From a virus (Duplodnaviria > Caudoviricetes), in IMG/VR virus record IMGVR_UViG_3300019378_000951, positions 32,001 to 96,000 of that record: a stretch of DNA of 64,000 nucleotides; one strand, 5' to 3'. Positions 42,383 to 52,584 of the stretch are shown here, one piece after another. The translations under genes and the position numbers were made by a program. The notes beneath the pieces were generated by a model, which ran no database searches, was not told the origin of the DNA, and saw only the letters and a program-made list of their open reading frames with translations. Each line of letters starts with the position of its first letter. The first letter of the stretch is position 1.

Positions 42383-43183
42383 ATGGAGGTAATGTATATG
42401 ATGAATAAAGTTAATAAATTATTTGGTGAAATGTATGATTTATTTAAAGAAGTATTATTAAACGATGAAGAATTTATAGCAGAATTTAAAGCTAAATTAG
42501 AAGAAAAAGAAGAACATCAGTGTGAAGGTAACTGTGGGTGTGACGGAAACTGTGGTGATGATTGTAAATGCAAAAAAGAAAAAGAATCAATAGAAACATT
42601 TGATGATTATACAGCATTCTGTGAAAGATTTGTAATGACTAATGATAAAGGCGAAGAACTTATAGACGCTAATGATTTAGATGTACCTGTAGAAGACGAA
42701 AAAATTGAAGATTATGCAAAAAATGTTACGCCGTTAATACAAGAATGGGTTAAAGAGATACAAGATGATATGCCAGAAGAAAAAGAAGATGTAAAAACAG
42801 ATGTGATAGAAGAAGTTGAAGAGAACAATGCTCTTAAAAAATTTGGAATAGCACAAGCTACTGTAGAAGATTTAGAAGATAGTAATATGAATAATATAAA
42901 AGAAGAAATCGAATTATCTGAAGAAGATATAAAAGATGCGCTTGAGCAAGTACAAGAATTAACTGAAGAGGAATTAATGGAAGTAATTAAACAGAAGCAA
43001 GAGAATGGGGAAATTGATTTAGACATTGATTTAGGAGCATTATTGGGACAACTTAAACTAATAGCTCAACAAAAAAATTCTTATAAATTTATGGAAAGAG
43101 ATGTACAAGAATACGACGATATAATAGAAAAATCTTTCGGTATATTCCCAACTGATTTAGGAGGAAATGACGAGATATTCTAA
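42383..43183 (+). CDS. Very acidic protein with a Cys-rich metallothionein-like motif
   Basis: HQCEGNCGCDGNCGDDCKCK; true start probably a few codons in (after GGAGG). Confidence 0.6.
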   Translation: MEVMYMMNKVNKLFGEMYDLFKEVLLNDEEFIAEFKAKLEEKEEHQCEGNCGCDGNCGDDCKCKKEKESIETFDDYTAFCERFVMTNDKGEELIDANDLDVPVEDEKIEDYAKNVTPLIQEWVKEIQDDMPEEKEDVKTDVIEEVEENNALKKFGIAQATVEDLEDSNMNNIKEEIELSEEDIKDALEQVQELTEEELMEVIKQKQENGEIDLDIDLGALLGQLKLIAQQKNSYKFMERDVQEYDDIIEKSFGIFPTDLGGNDEIF

Positions 43184-43221
43184 TATCTCGTCTTAAAAAT
43201 TTTAAATTAGGAGGTAATAAT

Positions 43222-43401
43222 ATGACAAGAGCTGAGATAAAAGATATGCATAATGCAATAACTCATTCAGGTCTTTGGGTAATTCATATTTATGACGAAT
43301 ATATGGAAGTAAGATTTTTAGACGATGATAAAGATGATAGGTTATACAAAGTATATCCGAATGATATATGTCCAAATTGTGGATATATCAGAATATATTA
43401 A
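43222..43401 (+). CDS. Small hypothetical protein (59 aa)
   Basis: AGGAGG RBS; CPNC motif. Confidence 0.45.
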   Translation: MTRAEIKDMHNAITHSGLWVIHIYDEYMEVRFLDDDKDDRLYKVYPNDICPNCGYIRIY

Positions 43402-43422
43402 AATTAAAAGGAGAATATTTTT

Positions 43423-43551
43423 ATGATAACAAGCTTAATAGCAAGTTTAGGTATGATTGTAGCAGCAATTGCGATATATGGTATTATGATAATAATTCCT
43501 AGTAAAATTTCAAAACATTTAAAGAAAAAAGCAAGATTAAAATTAAAGTAA
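43423..43551 (+). CDS. Small membrane protein (42 aa)
   Basis: AAGGAG RBS; hydrophobic helix followed by a Lys-rich tail. Confidence 0.45.
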   Translation: MITSLIASLGMIVAAIAIYGIMIIIPSKISKHLKKKARLKLK

Positions 43552-43562
43552 AAATTAATAAT

Positions 43563-43576
43563 ATATTATTTATTTG
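43563..43576 (+). promoter_or_regulatory. Putative early promoter
   Basis: ATATTAT-TTATTT-G. Confidence 0.6.
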
Positions 43577-43623
43577 GTAGTGTAATAAAAAAATTAAATT
43601 TAAATTAGTGGAGGTATGTATAT

Positions 43624-44943
43624 ATGATGGATATAAGTATGATGAGTTTTGATGAGATAAGAAAAGTTATGGTAGAATTAAGAGACGAAAAACAAATTTT
43701 AGAACAAGGTGTTGAACATCCAGACTATCCTTTATTCAAGAAATGTTCAGAAGAATTAATTTCAATGTGTTCTATGTCCCTATTAACAAATGCTTCAACA
43801 AATGGTTCTAGATTCTTTGGTACGTTCCTGAATAAAGGTGAACGTTATGCTTCTTATACAATAAAAAGACCTATAGCACATCAAGTTAGAAACACAGGAG
43901 TTGTAATATTATACAACCCGGCATTAATATGTGATTATGGAATTCAAAAACTAACTATAATGATGATAAAAGAAGCAATACATTTAATTAAAAAGCACTT
44001 CACATTACAAATTGAATGCAGAGATTTACATCCTTGGCCTGTAACAAAACTAGCTTGTGAGTTAGAATGTAGTGATGTAATGGAAGAAAGTAGAATACAG
44101 TTAATAGATGAGTTAAACACAAGGGCTAAGATAAATGGAATGTTTGGTTGTAAGTTAGAAAAGAAAGAAGCTAGAGAGTTAGCAACTGATTTACATGAAC
44201 TTTATAATACAAATGATGATTTCAGAACTTTCATAGACAATACAGAAAAAACTGCAATGACAGATGGAGAAACAGATCCATTATTAATAGGAGAAATTAT
44301 AGATTACATCATAATAGAAACAGCAAGTGAAGAAAGAGGAAATTTACCATCAGGATTAGCAGGCTTAATAGAAAAATTAACAACACCTCCAGTAATAACT
44401 TGGCAACAAGAATTAGCACAAGCAATAGGTTCATTAACAGCAGGTAGAAAAAGAACTATAATGAGAAGAAACAGAAGACAACAAGATAGACTAGATTTAC
44501 GTGGAGAATTAAGAGATAAAGAAGTAGATTTAGTTATAGCAATAGATACATCAGGCTCTATGTCAGATGATGTTATAGCAAAATGTATGGTTGAGATAGA
44601 AGCGATAACTAAACACATGAAAACTAAATTTACAATAGTAGAATGTGACTGTGAAATTGGTAGAGTTTATGAAGTAGATAAAGTTAGTGATATAAAAGCA
44701 GAAGTATCAGGAAGAGGTGGTACTTACTTCTCACCTGTATTTAGATGGATGCAAGAACATAATAAAAGAGACGCAATGCTTATATATCTGACTGACGGAT
44801 ATGGTGAATATCAATTAGCAGGAGACATAATAAACAATCATCAATGTACACTTTGGGTATTGACTGAAAAGAAAGAAGATTTATCATTAAAAGGTGATAG
44901 ACTTCCATTAAGATCTAGAGTAATATCATTTACTAATAAGTAA
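43624..44943 (+). CDS. DUF2201-type metallopeptidase-like plus VWA protein (MoxR partner)
   Basis: YNP...KEAIH (degenerate HExxH), W..EL...RRNRR, MIDAS DTSGS, GRGGT, YLTDG. Confidence 0.85.
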   Translation: MMDISMMSFDEIRKVMVELRDEKQILEQGVEHPDYPLFKKCSEELISMCSMSLLTNASTNGSRFFGTFLNKGERYASYTIKRPIAHQVRNTGVVILYNPALICDYGIQKLTIMMIKEAIHLIKKHFTLQIECRDLHPWPVTKLACELECSDVMEESRIQLIDELNTRAKINGMFGCKLEKKEARELATDLHELYNTNDDFRTFIDNTEKTAMTDGETDPLLIGEIIDYIIIETASEERGNLPSGLAGLIEKLTTPPVITWQQELAQAIGSLTAGRKRTIMRRNRRQQDRLDLRGELRDKEVDLVIAIDTSGSMSDDVIAKCMVEIEAITKHMKTKFTIVECDCEIGRVYEVDKVSDIKAEVSGRGGTYFSPVFRWMQEHNKRDAMLIYLTDGYGEYQLAGDIINNHQCTLWVLTEKKEDLSLKGDRLPLRSRVISFTNK

Positions 44944-44950
44944 ATGATAT

Positions 44951-44982
44951 AAGAGATAACCTAAAAGGTTATCTCTTTTTTT
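44951..44982. terminator. Bidirectional terminator
   Basis: AAGAGATAACC-TAAAA-GGTTATCTCTT followed by a T run. Confidence 0.75.
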
Positions 44983-44990
44983 GTGTGTTC

Positions 44991-47900
44991 CTAACAATAT
45001 AAATTTAAATCACTAATAGATACACTATTTAAATTTATAAACGTAAATCCACATAATCCATTTATATATACTTTTTCATAGTCATGCCATATTGCTACAT
45101 ATTCATCATCTATTTGTAAACTAATAAAATTTTTTTTCTTTTTAATTTTAATATGGTGTTTTGTATTTTTATAGATTACAAATTTCTTTAATGATTTAAA
45201 ATGATTTGCTGAAAGTACATTTTTATATATTGGAACTTCTTCGTATTTGTGTTTATAAAAATCTATACCTCTGTCGATGTTTGATAATTCTTTTAAAGTG
45301 TTTGAAGTGTTGGTATACAGTCCATTATGCAATTCAAAAATAGGATTATCTGAATATGATGTTTTATAATTAAATAGCATGCTATATTTTTTGCCATCAG
45401 TCTGCCTATCTAAGTTAATTATAAATTGCCCATTTTGATCTGAATTGATGCTTATATCAAATTCTAAAACATAGTTAGTGCATTCTCTATTAGATATTTT
45501 TTCTTCAAATGTAATAATACCAGGTTTAAATACTGATAACTGTTTTTTATAAACATTATTATCTATTGTAATGGTATCTTTTTTATGATTCTCTTCTAAT
45601 AATAAATTGTGCAAATTAAATTTATTAGATTCAATATCTTCTGAGTTTATAATTCCAATATCATCTTCAAGATTAATACAATTAAAAGATAAATTTGAAT
45701 ATGTAAACAGATGTTGAGGTCGTACTATAAAAAAATCATCATTTAACTCTTGAAATACATTTCGTTCGCTCATTGATAGTTTTACTTTAATATTTTTATT
45801 TTTAGTATTTTTTATATAAATTTCAAGATTGCCTAATCTATAACCTTTATTTTTTATTTCCATTTCATTTGTGTTATTATTTATTGGTGTAAAATAAAAA
45901 ACTGAGCCCGTGCCTTTGATTAACGGAGTTATATTGTTATCTAAATAAATTTCAACATCTTCTTCTTGTTCTAATTGAAGTTTGTATTTAGATTTATTAT
46001 TTTCAATAAGTAAACACGTTTTAAAAGACACTGTTGATTCTTCTTCGCTATAAACTATTACTTCTTTATTTATATTATGTTGTAAAAAACAAGCTTCTCT
46101 ATTGTATTTATCACTAATTGTAACAAGTACCGATTCATTAAATGAATTTTCACCAGCAAATGGAACTATTGCTATTTGGTCTCTGGCGATATATTCATAT
46201 GGACTTATCAAATAAAATGTATCATCATGAAAATCAATATCACCTGATTTTAGAACTATAATATCTTTATTTTCATTATGTATTAAATCTTCTAATGTAT
46301 TTTTTGGATTTTCTAACTCATTTTTATCTATTTCATCATTAAATATTTTAAGCCAATTTCTTCTAAATGTATATTTTTTATTTTCATCATCAGACATTCC
46401 AATTTTGTAAATTATTTTATTTGAAGCTTTACTGGAAATTATATTTTTTTCTTTATCAATAATGTATCGACCACTATCGATTTTTATTCGCATTCTTCGT
46501 TTAATATAAAACATTTTTAGTATATTTCCATTATATTTATATGAACACACAAATGGTAACCATTTTCCTTTATTATTTTCATCTATAACACAAGATACTA
46601 TATCAAATTCAGTTAAATTTATTGAAACCTGATTTATAGACAAATCAGCATGACAATCGTCATATATATTTCTTTTTTCACAAAAAATTCCAAATTCAAC
46701 TGTTGACACTTTTTTATCTTTATCTTTATTTATTGATACTATTAATGTCTCATATTCGTTAGTAGTCCACAAAGCTCCAATATTATAATGATTTAATATT
46801 GAATTTTCACTACTTCCATCAGTATAATTAATTTTTATATATGGTTGAATTTCAACATTACTAACATCAATAGCTAACATTTCACACGTAAAAACTATTT
46901 TTCCATCATTTCCATTATTATAAGGTTCCAAATCTATATTTAAATCTTCAGCGTACATCTTATTATAAAATAATAAATTATGGCTTTCAGTTTTATATGT
47001 TATAAAATTAGTTTCACCATCTGTATAGATTTTTTCAATAATATTATCTCTGTCAGGATTTGTAACTATATTATGAGCATCATCAAAGAAATCATTATTT
47101 ATAATTGTTTTTGCAACAGGTTTACGTTTATTTATATCCGTAAGTAATCTTAATTTATCATTGTGATAAGTCCAACCATTCCAATTACGTTTTTTAAAAT
47201 CGGAATTTTTCGTTTTCAATTCAAAAAAATCAAATTTTTTATCAACTTCTGAAAGTTTTATAATAGTTTCATTATTAGAACTGGTGCAATAATCATTTCC
47301 TACTATTAAATATGCAGAACCGTTTATACCATTGAACTGAAAATCATAAATTCCACTATATGGAAAATACATATATCCTGTAAATTTGTATTCTCTTATC
47401 TCTCCAGTATTATCAAATATAGGATCATATGTTGTATTTGAAATCTGTATTCCGTCCATATATCTTAATGATAATTCTTTATAGCTATTAGTAAATACAT
47501 TTTCTTTAGTTTCAATCATTTTAGATTTTCCATGATAATATTCATTTGGATTATGTACATAGAACATATTATCTAAAAAATTAAGATCTTGATAAGTAAC
47601 AAATCCACAGTCATAAATTTTTTCATTATATGAATCTGGAAGTAATTTAGTGCTTGGCAATTTGGGATGCTTTATATAATGTTTTTGTATAGGTTTTGGA
47701 TTATAAACATTATATACGTATGAACGCGCACGATCTAAAACTTTTTGAAGTTCAGACATTTTATTTGCAGCAACAACATATATTTCATTTTTAATAAATT
47801 CATTAGGATTTTTCATGTCGTTAAGCCATAATAATAAATACCATAAATCAGTAGTTCCATATAATGAATAACTTACATATTCAGGCCTCATAAAATATTC

Positions 47901-48119
47901 ATTACCAATTCTAACTTTAGTAACCATTTGAAAGATAGTATTTTTATATTTATCTAAATAATCAAGCCCCATTAATAAATTATTTTCAAAAATATACCAG
48001 TTCATATTGTTATCTAAAAGAACTCTATTTCTTTTAGCATCTCGTATACTAGTATTTGTATTTTCTGATCTAGCTGAATAAATATCATCATAATCTCTGT
48101 ACTCTTCATTATTGGCCAC
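44991..48119 (-). CDS. Baseplate wedge protein (gp53/LysM-like N-terminus) with PA14/lectin-like beta domains
   Basis: RPEYVSYSLYGTTDLWYLLLWLN; FTGYMYFPYSGIYDF (PA14-like). Confidence 0.65.
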   Translation of the reverse strand: MANNEEYRDYDDIYSARSENTNTSIRDAKRNRVLLDNNMNWYIFENNLLMGLDYLDKYKNTIFQMVTKVRIGNEYFMRPEYVSYSLYGTTDLWYLLLWLNDMKNPNEFIKNEIYVVAANKMSELQKVLDRARSYVYNVYNPKPIQKHYIKHPKLPSTKLLPDSYNEKIYDCGFVTYQDLNFLDNMFYVHNPNEYYHGKSKMIETKENVFTNSYKELSLRYMDGIQISNTTYDPIFDNTGEIREYKFTGYMYFPYSGIYDFQFNGINGSAYLIVGNDYCTSSNNETIIKLSEVDKKFDFFELKTKNSDFKKRNWNGWTYHNDKLRLLTDINKRKPVAKTIINNDFFDDAHNIVTNPDRDNIIEKIYTDGETNFITYKTESHNLLFYNKMYAEDLNIDLEPYNNGNDGKIVFTCEMLAIDVSNVEIQPYIKINYTDGSSENSILNHYNIGALWTTNEYETLIVSINKDKDKKVSTVEFGIFCEKRNIYDDCHADLSINQVSINLTEFDIVSCVIDENNKGKWLPFVCSYKYNGNILKMFYIKRRMRIKIDSGRYIIDKEKNIISSKASNKIIYKIGMSDDENKKYTFRRNWLKIFNDEIDKNELENPKNTLEDLIHNENKDIIVLKSGDIDFHDDTFYLISPYEYIARDQIAIVPFAGENSFNESVLVTISDKYNREACFLQHNINKEVIVYSEEESTVSFKTCLLIENNKSKYKLQLEQEEDVEIYLDNNITPLIKGTGSVFYFTPINNNTNEMEIKNKGYRLGNLEIYIKNTKNKNIKVKLSMSERNVFQELNDDFFIVRPQHLFTYSNLSFNCINLEDDIGIINSEDIESNKFNLHNLLLEENHKKDTITIDNNVYKKQLSVFKPGIITFEEKISNRECTNYVLEFDISINSDQNGQFIINLDRQTDGKKYSMLFNYKTSYSDNPIFELHNGLYTNTSNTLKELSNIDRGIDFYKHKYEEVPIYKNVLSANHFKSLKKFVIYKNTKHHIKIKKKKNFISLQIDDEYVAIWHDYEKVYINGLCGFTFINLNSVSISDLNLYC

Positions 48120-48135
48120 TATTCATCACACTCCT

Positions 48136-48714
48136 TTAGTTATGCTTATAGTAATCTAAAAATTGTCTAAGTATAACTCTATCAAAATTTGACGTAGTTT
48201 CAATATCATAAGTTAGATCTGACTGTTTAAGCATAACTTGCCAATTAGGATCTAGTATTTCATCAAAATAAATAATTCTTTCTTGATTAAGTTTATATCG
48301 TCTCATTAAACTACATATACATTTACTACACAGTTGTTCATACATTCTAAATTCAGGTATATCTAAATTATAGTTTTCTCCTATAGTTATTAATATCGAA
48401 TTTTTATATTCTGATTTTACCACTCCAGCCTCAACTAATTCTCTTATAAAATAACTAGGATACTCTTCTGATAATCCTTGAAATATTACATAGTCTTTGT
48501 CCAAATATTCTACATAATAATGACAAGGTAATTTTCTTCGTTTTAAATCTTCCATATAATATTCTTGCCAATAACCCCATGTATACTGCATTGTACTCTT
48601 TATTAAAAGAGGATTAAAATGAGCAAACCTGGTTTCTCTAGTATTTTTAGCTTGACATAGTATCACATATTCCGTCTTTGGCCTAAATTCTTTATTCTTC
48701 CATATTTGATACAA
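48136..48714 (-). CDS. Degenerate N-acetylmuramoyl-L-alanine amidase (Amidase_2/PGRP)-like protein
   Basis: HYYV, SILITIGEN, L...LMRRYKL..RII layout; Zn ligands not evident. Confidence 0.4.
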   Translation of the reverse strand: MYQIWKNKEFRPKTEYVILCQAKNTRETRFAHFNPLLIKSTMQYTWGYWQEYYMEDLKRRKLPCHYYVEYLDKDYVIFQGLSEEYPSYFIRELVEAGVVKSEYKNSILITIGENYNLDIPEFRMYEQLCSKCICSLMRRYKLNQERIIYFDEILDPNWQVMLKQSDLTYDIETTSNFDRVILRQFLDYYKHN

Positions 48715-49172
48715 TTACAACGCCCCCTTTTTAATTTAGCAACTTTAGATTTAATTGTTCTAACATCGTATTCTTCATTATCTTCATTATTTATAATTTC
48801 AATATCTTCGTTATATGTATATGACATATTATAAAATATTGGTTTTTTAACATCATTATCAATAAAAACTACTACTACAGTATCTCCTATTTTAGGTTTT
48901 ACTAGTTGATTGTTAATTGACATTTGTTTACATAAAATTCCCGCGTCAATAGTCATTTCTATTTTTGTATTAGAATATCTGCTATTTTTAATATCCGAAT
49001 TATATATTGTTTCTTTTATAGGTTTTTTAAACGAAACTGATGGCATTAATTCTTTAATATAAATTTTAGCCATGTAATTTTTATTCCAATCTTCTAAATC
49101 AATTATAGTTCCAATAAATTGATTATTTAATTGAGCATGTCCTATAATAATATTTCCATATATATCTTTCAT
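48663..49172 (-). CDS. Baseplate spike gp5/gpV OB-fold-like protein
   Basis: KPKIGDTVVVVFIDNDVKKP motif; late promoter at 49190-49201. Confidence 0.6.
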   Translation of the reverse strand: MKDIYGNIIIGHAQLNNQFIGTIIDLEDWNKNYMAKIYIKELMPSVSFKKPIKETIYNSDIKNSRYSNTKIEMTIDAGILCKQMSINNQLVKPKIGDTVVVVFIDNDVKKPIFYNMSYTYNEDIEIINNEDNEEYDVRTIKSKVAKLKRGRCNCIKYGRIKNLGQRRNM

Positions 49173-49242
49173 AAAATCACCTCATTTAATATTTGTCTGT
49201 TTTTAAGTTTTTTGACAAATAAATAAAAAATAATACAAATAC

Positions 49243-49256
49243 ATATTATTAAATTG
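49243..49256 (+). promoter_or_regulatory. Putative early promoter
   Basis: ATATTAT-TAAATT-G followed by a long AT stem. Confidence 0.55.
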
Positions 49257-49344
49257 GTATAGATTGTTATTTATATTTTTTATATTTTTATAAAATAAAT
49301 AACATTCTAATGTAAAAAATTAAATTTAAATTTATTGGAGGTAT

Positions 49345-50334
49345 GTGTATATGAGTAATATAAAAATGGTTGAAAAAGCAAGAAGAATAATAATGGAATC
49401 TGGAAATTTTACAATGAGTATATTAACATTATGGAATAATAAAAACAAAGATTCGTTCAAACTAGACCCCGTAACAAGAAGAGACTATGATAGTAATAAG
49501 TATCAACAAGGTTCTAATACAGTTACAACAGTTGATTTTAGATCCAGCGATTATTTAGCATTCGAATATAAAGATTGGGAAAGAAAAGCTAATATGTCAG
49601 TATTTGCATCGTATCCTAATATGTTTAACTGTAAAGCATTTTTCCAAGAAGTAATGGGTGTATTAGAAAGTACTCAGATATTTGGTAAGAATGGAGAATT
49701 AACAGCAGAAGGAAATGAGATATTTATACAATCAGAACCATTAGCTGGTGGAAAGAAATTAGGAGCTTATTTTAGTGTTATAAACAGAAATGATTCATTA
49801 GTAAATTGTGTAACATTGGTTATAGGTAGTGACGATTGTATAGCAGATTTAGATCTTAATACATTTGCAGGGTTAGCAGATATAGTTCAATCTATAGACT
49901 TATTAACACAAGCAACATTATTAATGCAAATGACAATGATAACTATGGGAGCTGGAAATGCGCCGGTATCTAATGCATCAGGCGGATTTAATACATCTTC
50001 AACTCCTAGAAGACAAACTGGATTGGGTAATAATTCTAATAGTGGAAGAAGTGGTGGAGGTTTAGGGTTAAACAGAAGACAATCTCCTACACTATCAGGC
50101 GGCAGTAGAAAAGGACAAACGACTATGACAAACATAGAAGTAGATAATAATGATGATATTTCATTTACAATGGGGGAAGAAGAAAATTCACAATCTTCTA
50201 CATTAAGTAGAAGAAACAATAATAATCAACAAAATCAAAACACTAATATATTATTCGATATAAACGCTCAAATGGCAGCTGGAGAAGGTTTAGATGATCT
50301 AAATCTAGATGTTGATGGCGATATAGAATTTTAA
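49345..50334 (+). CDS. Putative ssDNA-binding/replication protein
   Basis: Folded N-terminal domain, G/S/N-rich linker and acidic-aromatic tail DVDGDIEF. Confidence 0.4.
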   Translation: MYMSNIKMVEKARRIIMESGNFTMSILTLWNNKNKDSFKLDPVTRRDYDSNKYQQGSNTVTTVDFRSSDYLAFEYKDWERKANMSVFASYPNMFNCKAFFQEVMGVLESTQIFGKNGELTAEGNEIFIQSEPLAGGKKLGAYFSVINRNDSLVNCVTLVIGSDDCIADLDLNTFAGLADIVQSIDLLTQATLLMQMTMITMGAGNAPVSNASGGFNTSSTPRRQTGLGNNSNSGRSGGGLGLNRRQSPTLSGGSRKGQTTMTNIEVDNNDDISFTMGEEENSQSSTLSRRNNNNQQNQNTNILFDINAQMAAGEGLDDLNLDVDGDIEF

Positions 50335-50468
50335 TATAATCATAGGACAATCTAAATGATTGTCCTATTTTTTTATTATTTTTAAAAAATCTTATTTGTT
50401 TAGTATTATTTATATTATTAAAATAAATAAAAAATTAAAACACAAAATTAGCATATAAAAAGAGAGGG

Positions 50469-50894
50469 ATGTATATGATGGAACAAAAAGATGATCTTTT
50501 TAAAAAAATTGAAAGATTAGATGATTTAAAGATAAATGCTCTTAAAGAAAAAAATCGTGTAATGACTAATAGAGGGCGTAAATTTGAAGAAGAAGTACTA
50601 AATTTACCAATAAACCCAGAAGTTGACAGCGAATTAGTTTTATTCATCAAAAAAATTATAAATGAAGCTAATATAACTAATAAAGAAGTTTATGATCATT
50701 TCGGACAAAGTTTAGGTTATAATATGATATATTCTCTTATAAAGAAAAAACCGGCAATATCGTGGGAAAGAGTTAGACAATGGATAGATTTCTTAGGATA
50801 TAATTTAGAATTAGTATTAGTTAAAAAGCAGCCAAATCAACAATGTGATGATGGCTTATCTATAATTGAAAGGGATCCAAATCTGGGAGAGTAA
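50469..50894 (+). CDS. Putative HTH DNA-binding protein
   Basis: XRE-like pattern ISWERVRQWIDFLGYNLEL. Confidence 0.45.
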   Translation: MYMMEQKDDLFKKIERLDDLKINALKEKNRVMTNRGRKFEEEVLNLPINPEVDSELVLFIKKIINEANITNKEVYDHFGQSLGYNMIYSLIKKKPAISWERVRQWIDFLGYNLELVLVKKQPNQQCDDGLSIIERDPNLGE

Positions 50895-50970
50895 TCTCCT
50901 TTTTTTTGGCAATTTATTAACAACTTTATATTGATAATTATTAAAATCTCTATAATAAGGTGGTGAGAAA

Positions 50971-52509
50971 GTGGGAGAATTTAAAAAACAACCGTCGCAA
51001 GATAAAAAGAAAACTTATGAGCAAAATAAAGACTTTATAATAGATCCACAAACGGGAGATCTGATTTCATATAATTGTGGAAACCCTAATTATGGATGCG
51101 ATGGAGGCAATCAAGATAGCGGTGGAGACATAGGAGGTTTAGAAGACACTAAATTACCACTTAATTCAGAAGATATAACTAATAAAGATTTAGCAGGCAT
51201 ATCTATATTAAAACCTGGGACAAATAATATGGATATAAGAGACGATAAAATCTCTATAATTAATTATGAGGGTTTACTTAGTGGTTTGAGTGATAATGCG
51301 AGTGGTGCTGATATTGATAATGATGGAACGTCAGGAGTTCAATCATCAATAGATAATACTGTAAAAGATTATACTGATAGTATTAAAGATTATAGCGAAT
51401 ACTTAGAAGGTTCACCAACATTTGTCACATATTTTAGAATTAATAGAAAAAAATCAACAATTGATACTTCTTTAGGAGGAATAGTTGAAGTTGTAGGTGC
51501 TGATTCGCCATTAGTATATGATAAAATTATGAATGTCCCTATATGGAATTTGGAAGAAATGATAGCAACATATAGCTATGATGAATTTACAGGATTAGAT
51601 ACTGAAATACAAACAACCGGTATTATACTTCCTAATACGATTAAACCTAGACCTGATGAATTTGTGTATATAGAATATGGTTCTAAAAAAATAATGTTGA
51701 AAGTTGATAACGTTGAAACTACTAACATTCTTAGTGCTGTATTTTATAAAATAAATATGAGCAATACTTCAACCAGCCTTGATGCATTAAACGCACAATC
51801 TGGTAATACTTTATATTACGACTATGACCAAAATATAATAGTTGATGGAGCTACAAATGAGATAGCTAATGCATTGAATGCTATCTTAAATGATATAGAA
51901 GTATCATATATAAATATATTTTTTAATAAGCAATATAATAGTTTTATATTTAATAACTGTTACGATAAATTTTTACATAGATTTATACATGATACACATT
52001 TATTTATACATGAAAAATCTTTTATGAAAAATATACATGTAGAACCTATAATTCCTTTTAATATTAGTGAAGCTACAATGTACGATAACAGTGTATATGA
52101 AAGAATAATTAGTCGTAGAGATAAAGAGTTTATACAAAGAGTACATATTCATCCTATGAATGATATTGGAAATAGTAGACATCGTTGCGGATGTAGAGGT
52201 GATGTTAATATATTTAATGTATTTAGTATGGGAAGAAATCATATGAGAGAAATAGATCATGTACCTAATGGCAAATTTCCAATATTTAGCGAATTCGCAT
52301 TTACAACGACAAATATTAAATCACTATCTTATTCTGAAAGAATTATTAATGTATATATGAAAACTGGAAGTACGGATTATACAAGTTATTTAGAAGATTT
52401 AAAAATGCTTCAGGTAGAATATTATCTTAAAGACTATATTCAAATACCTTTGATAATTTATATATTAAAACAAATTGTATCAGGTATAAAGAAAACACAA
52501 AATAATTAA
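50971..52509 (+). CDS. Probable neck/virion structural protein
   Basis: PTFVTYF...SPLVYDKI...ILPNTIKPRPDEF; late promoter at 50919-50930. Confidence 0.5.
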   Translation: MGEFKKQPSQDKKKTYEQNKDFIIDPQTGDLISYNCGNPNYGCDGGNQDSGGDIGGLEDTKLPLNSEDITNKDLAGISILKPGTNNMDIRDDKISIINYEGLLSGLSDNASGADIDNDGTSGVQSSIDNTVKDYTDSIKDYSEYLEGSPTFVTYFRINRKKSTIDTSLGGIVEVVGADSPLVYDKIMNVPIWNLEEMIATYSYDEFTGLDTEIQTTGIILPNTIKPRPDEFVYIEYGSKKIMLKVDNVETTNILSAVFYKINMSNTSTSLDALNAQSGNTLYYDYDQNIIVDGATNEIANALNAILNDIEVSYINIFFNKQYNSFIFNNCYDKFLHRFIHDTHLFIHEKSFMKNIHVEPIIPFNISEATMYDNSVYERIISRRDKEFIQRVHIHPMNDIGNSRHRCGCRGDVNIFNVFSMGRNHMREIDHVPNGKFPIFSEFAFTTTNIKSLSYSERIINVYMKTGSTDYTSYLEDLKMLQVEYYLKDYIQIPLIIYILKQIVSGIKKTQNN

Positions 52510-52584
52510 ATTAATTACTTAAAAATAATTAACAATTACTTATGATACAAAATCGAAAATATTATATAGATAGGAGACTGAAAA

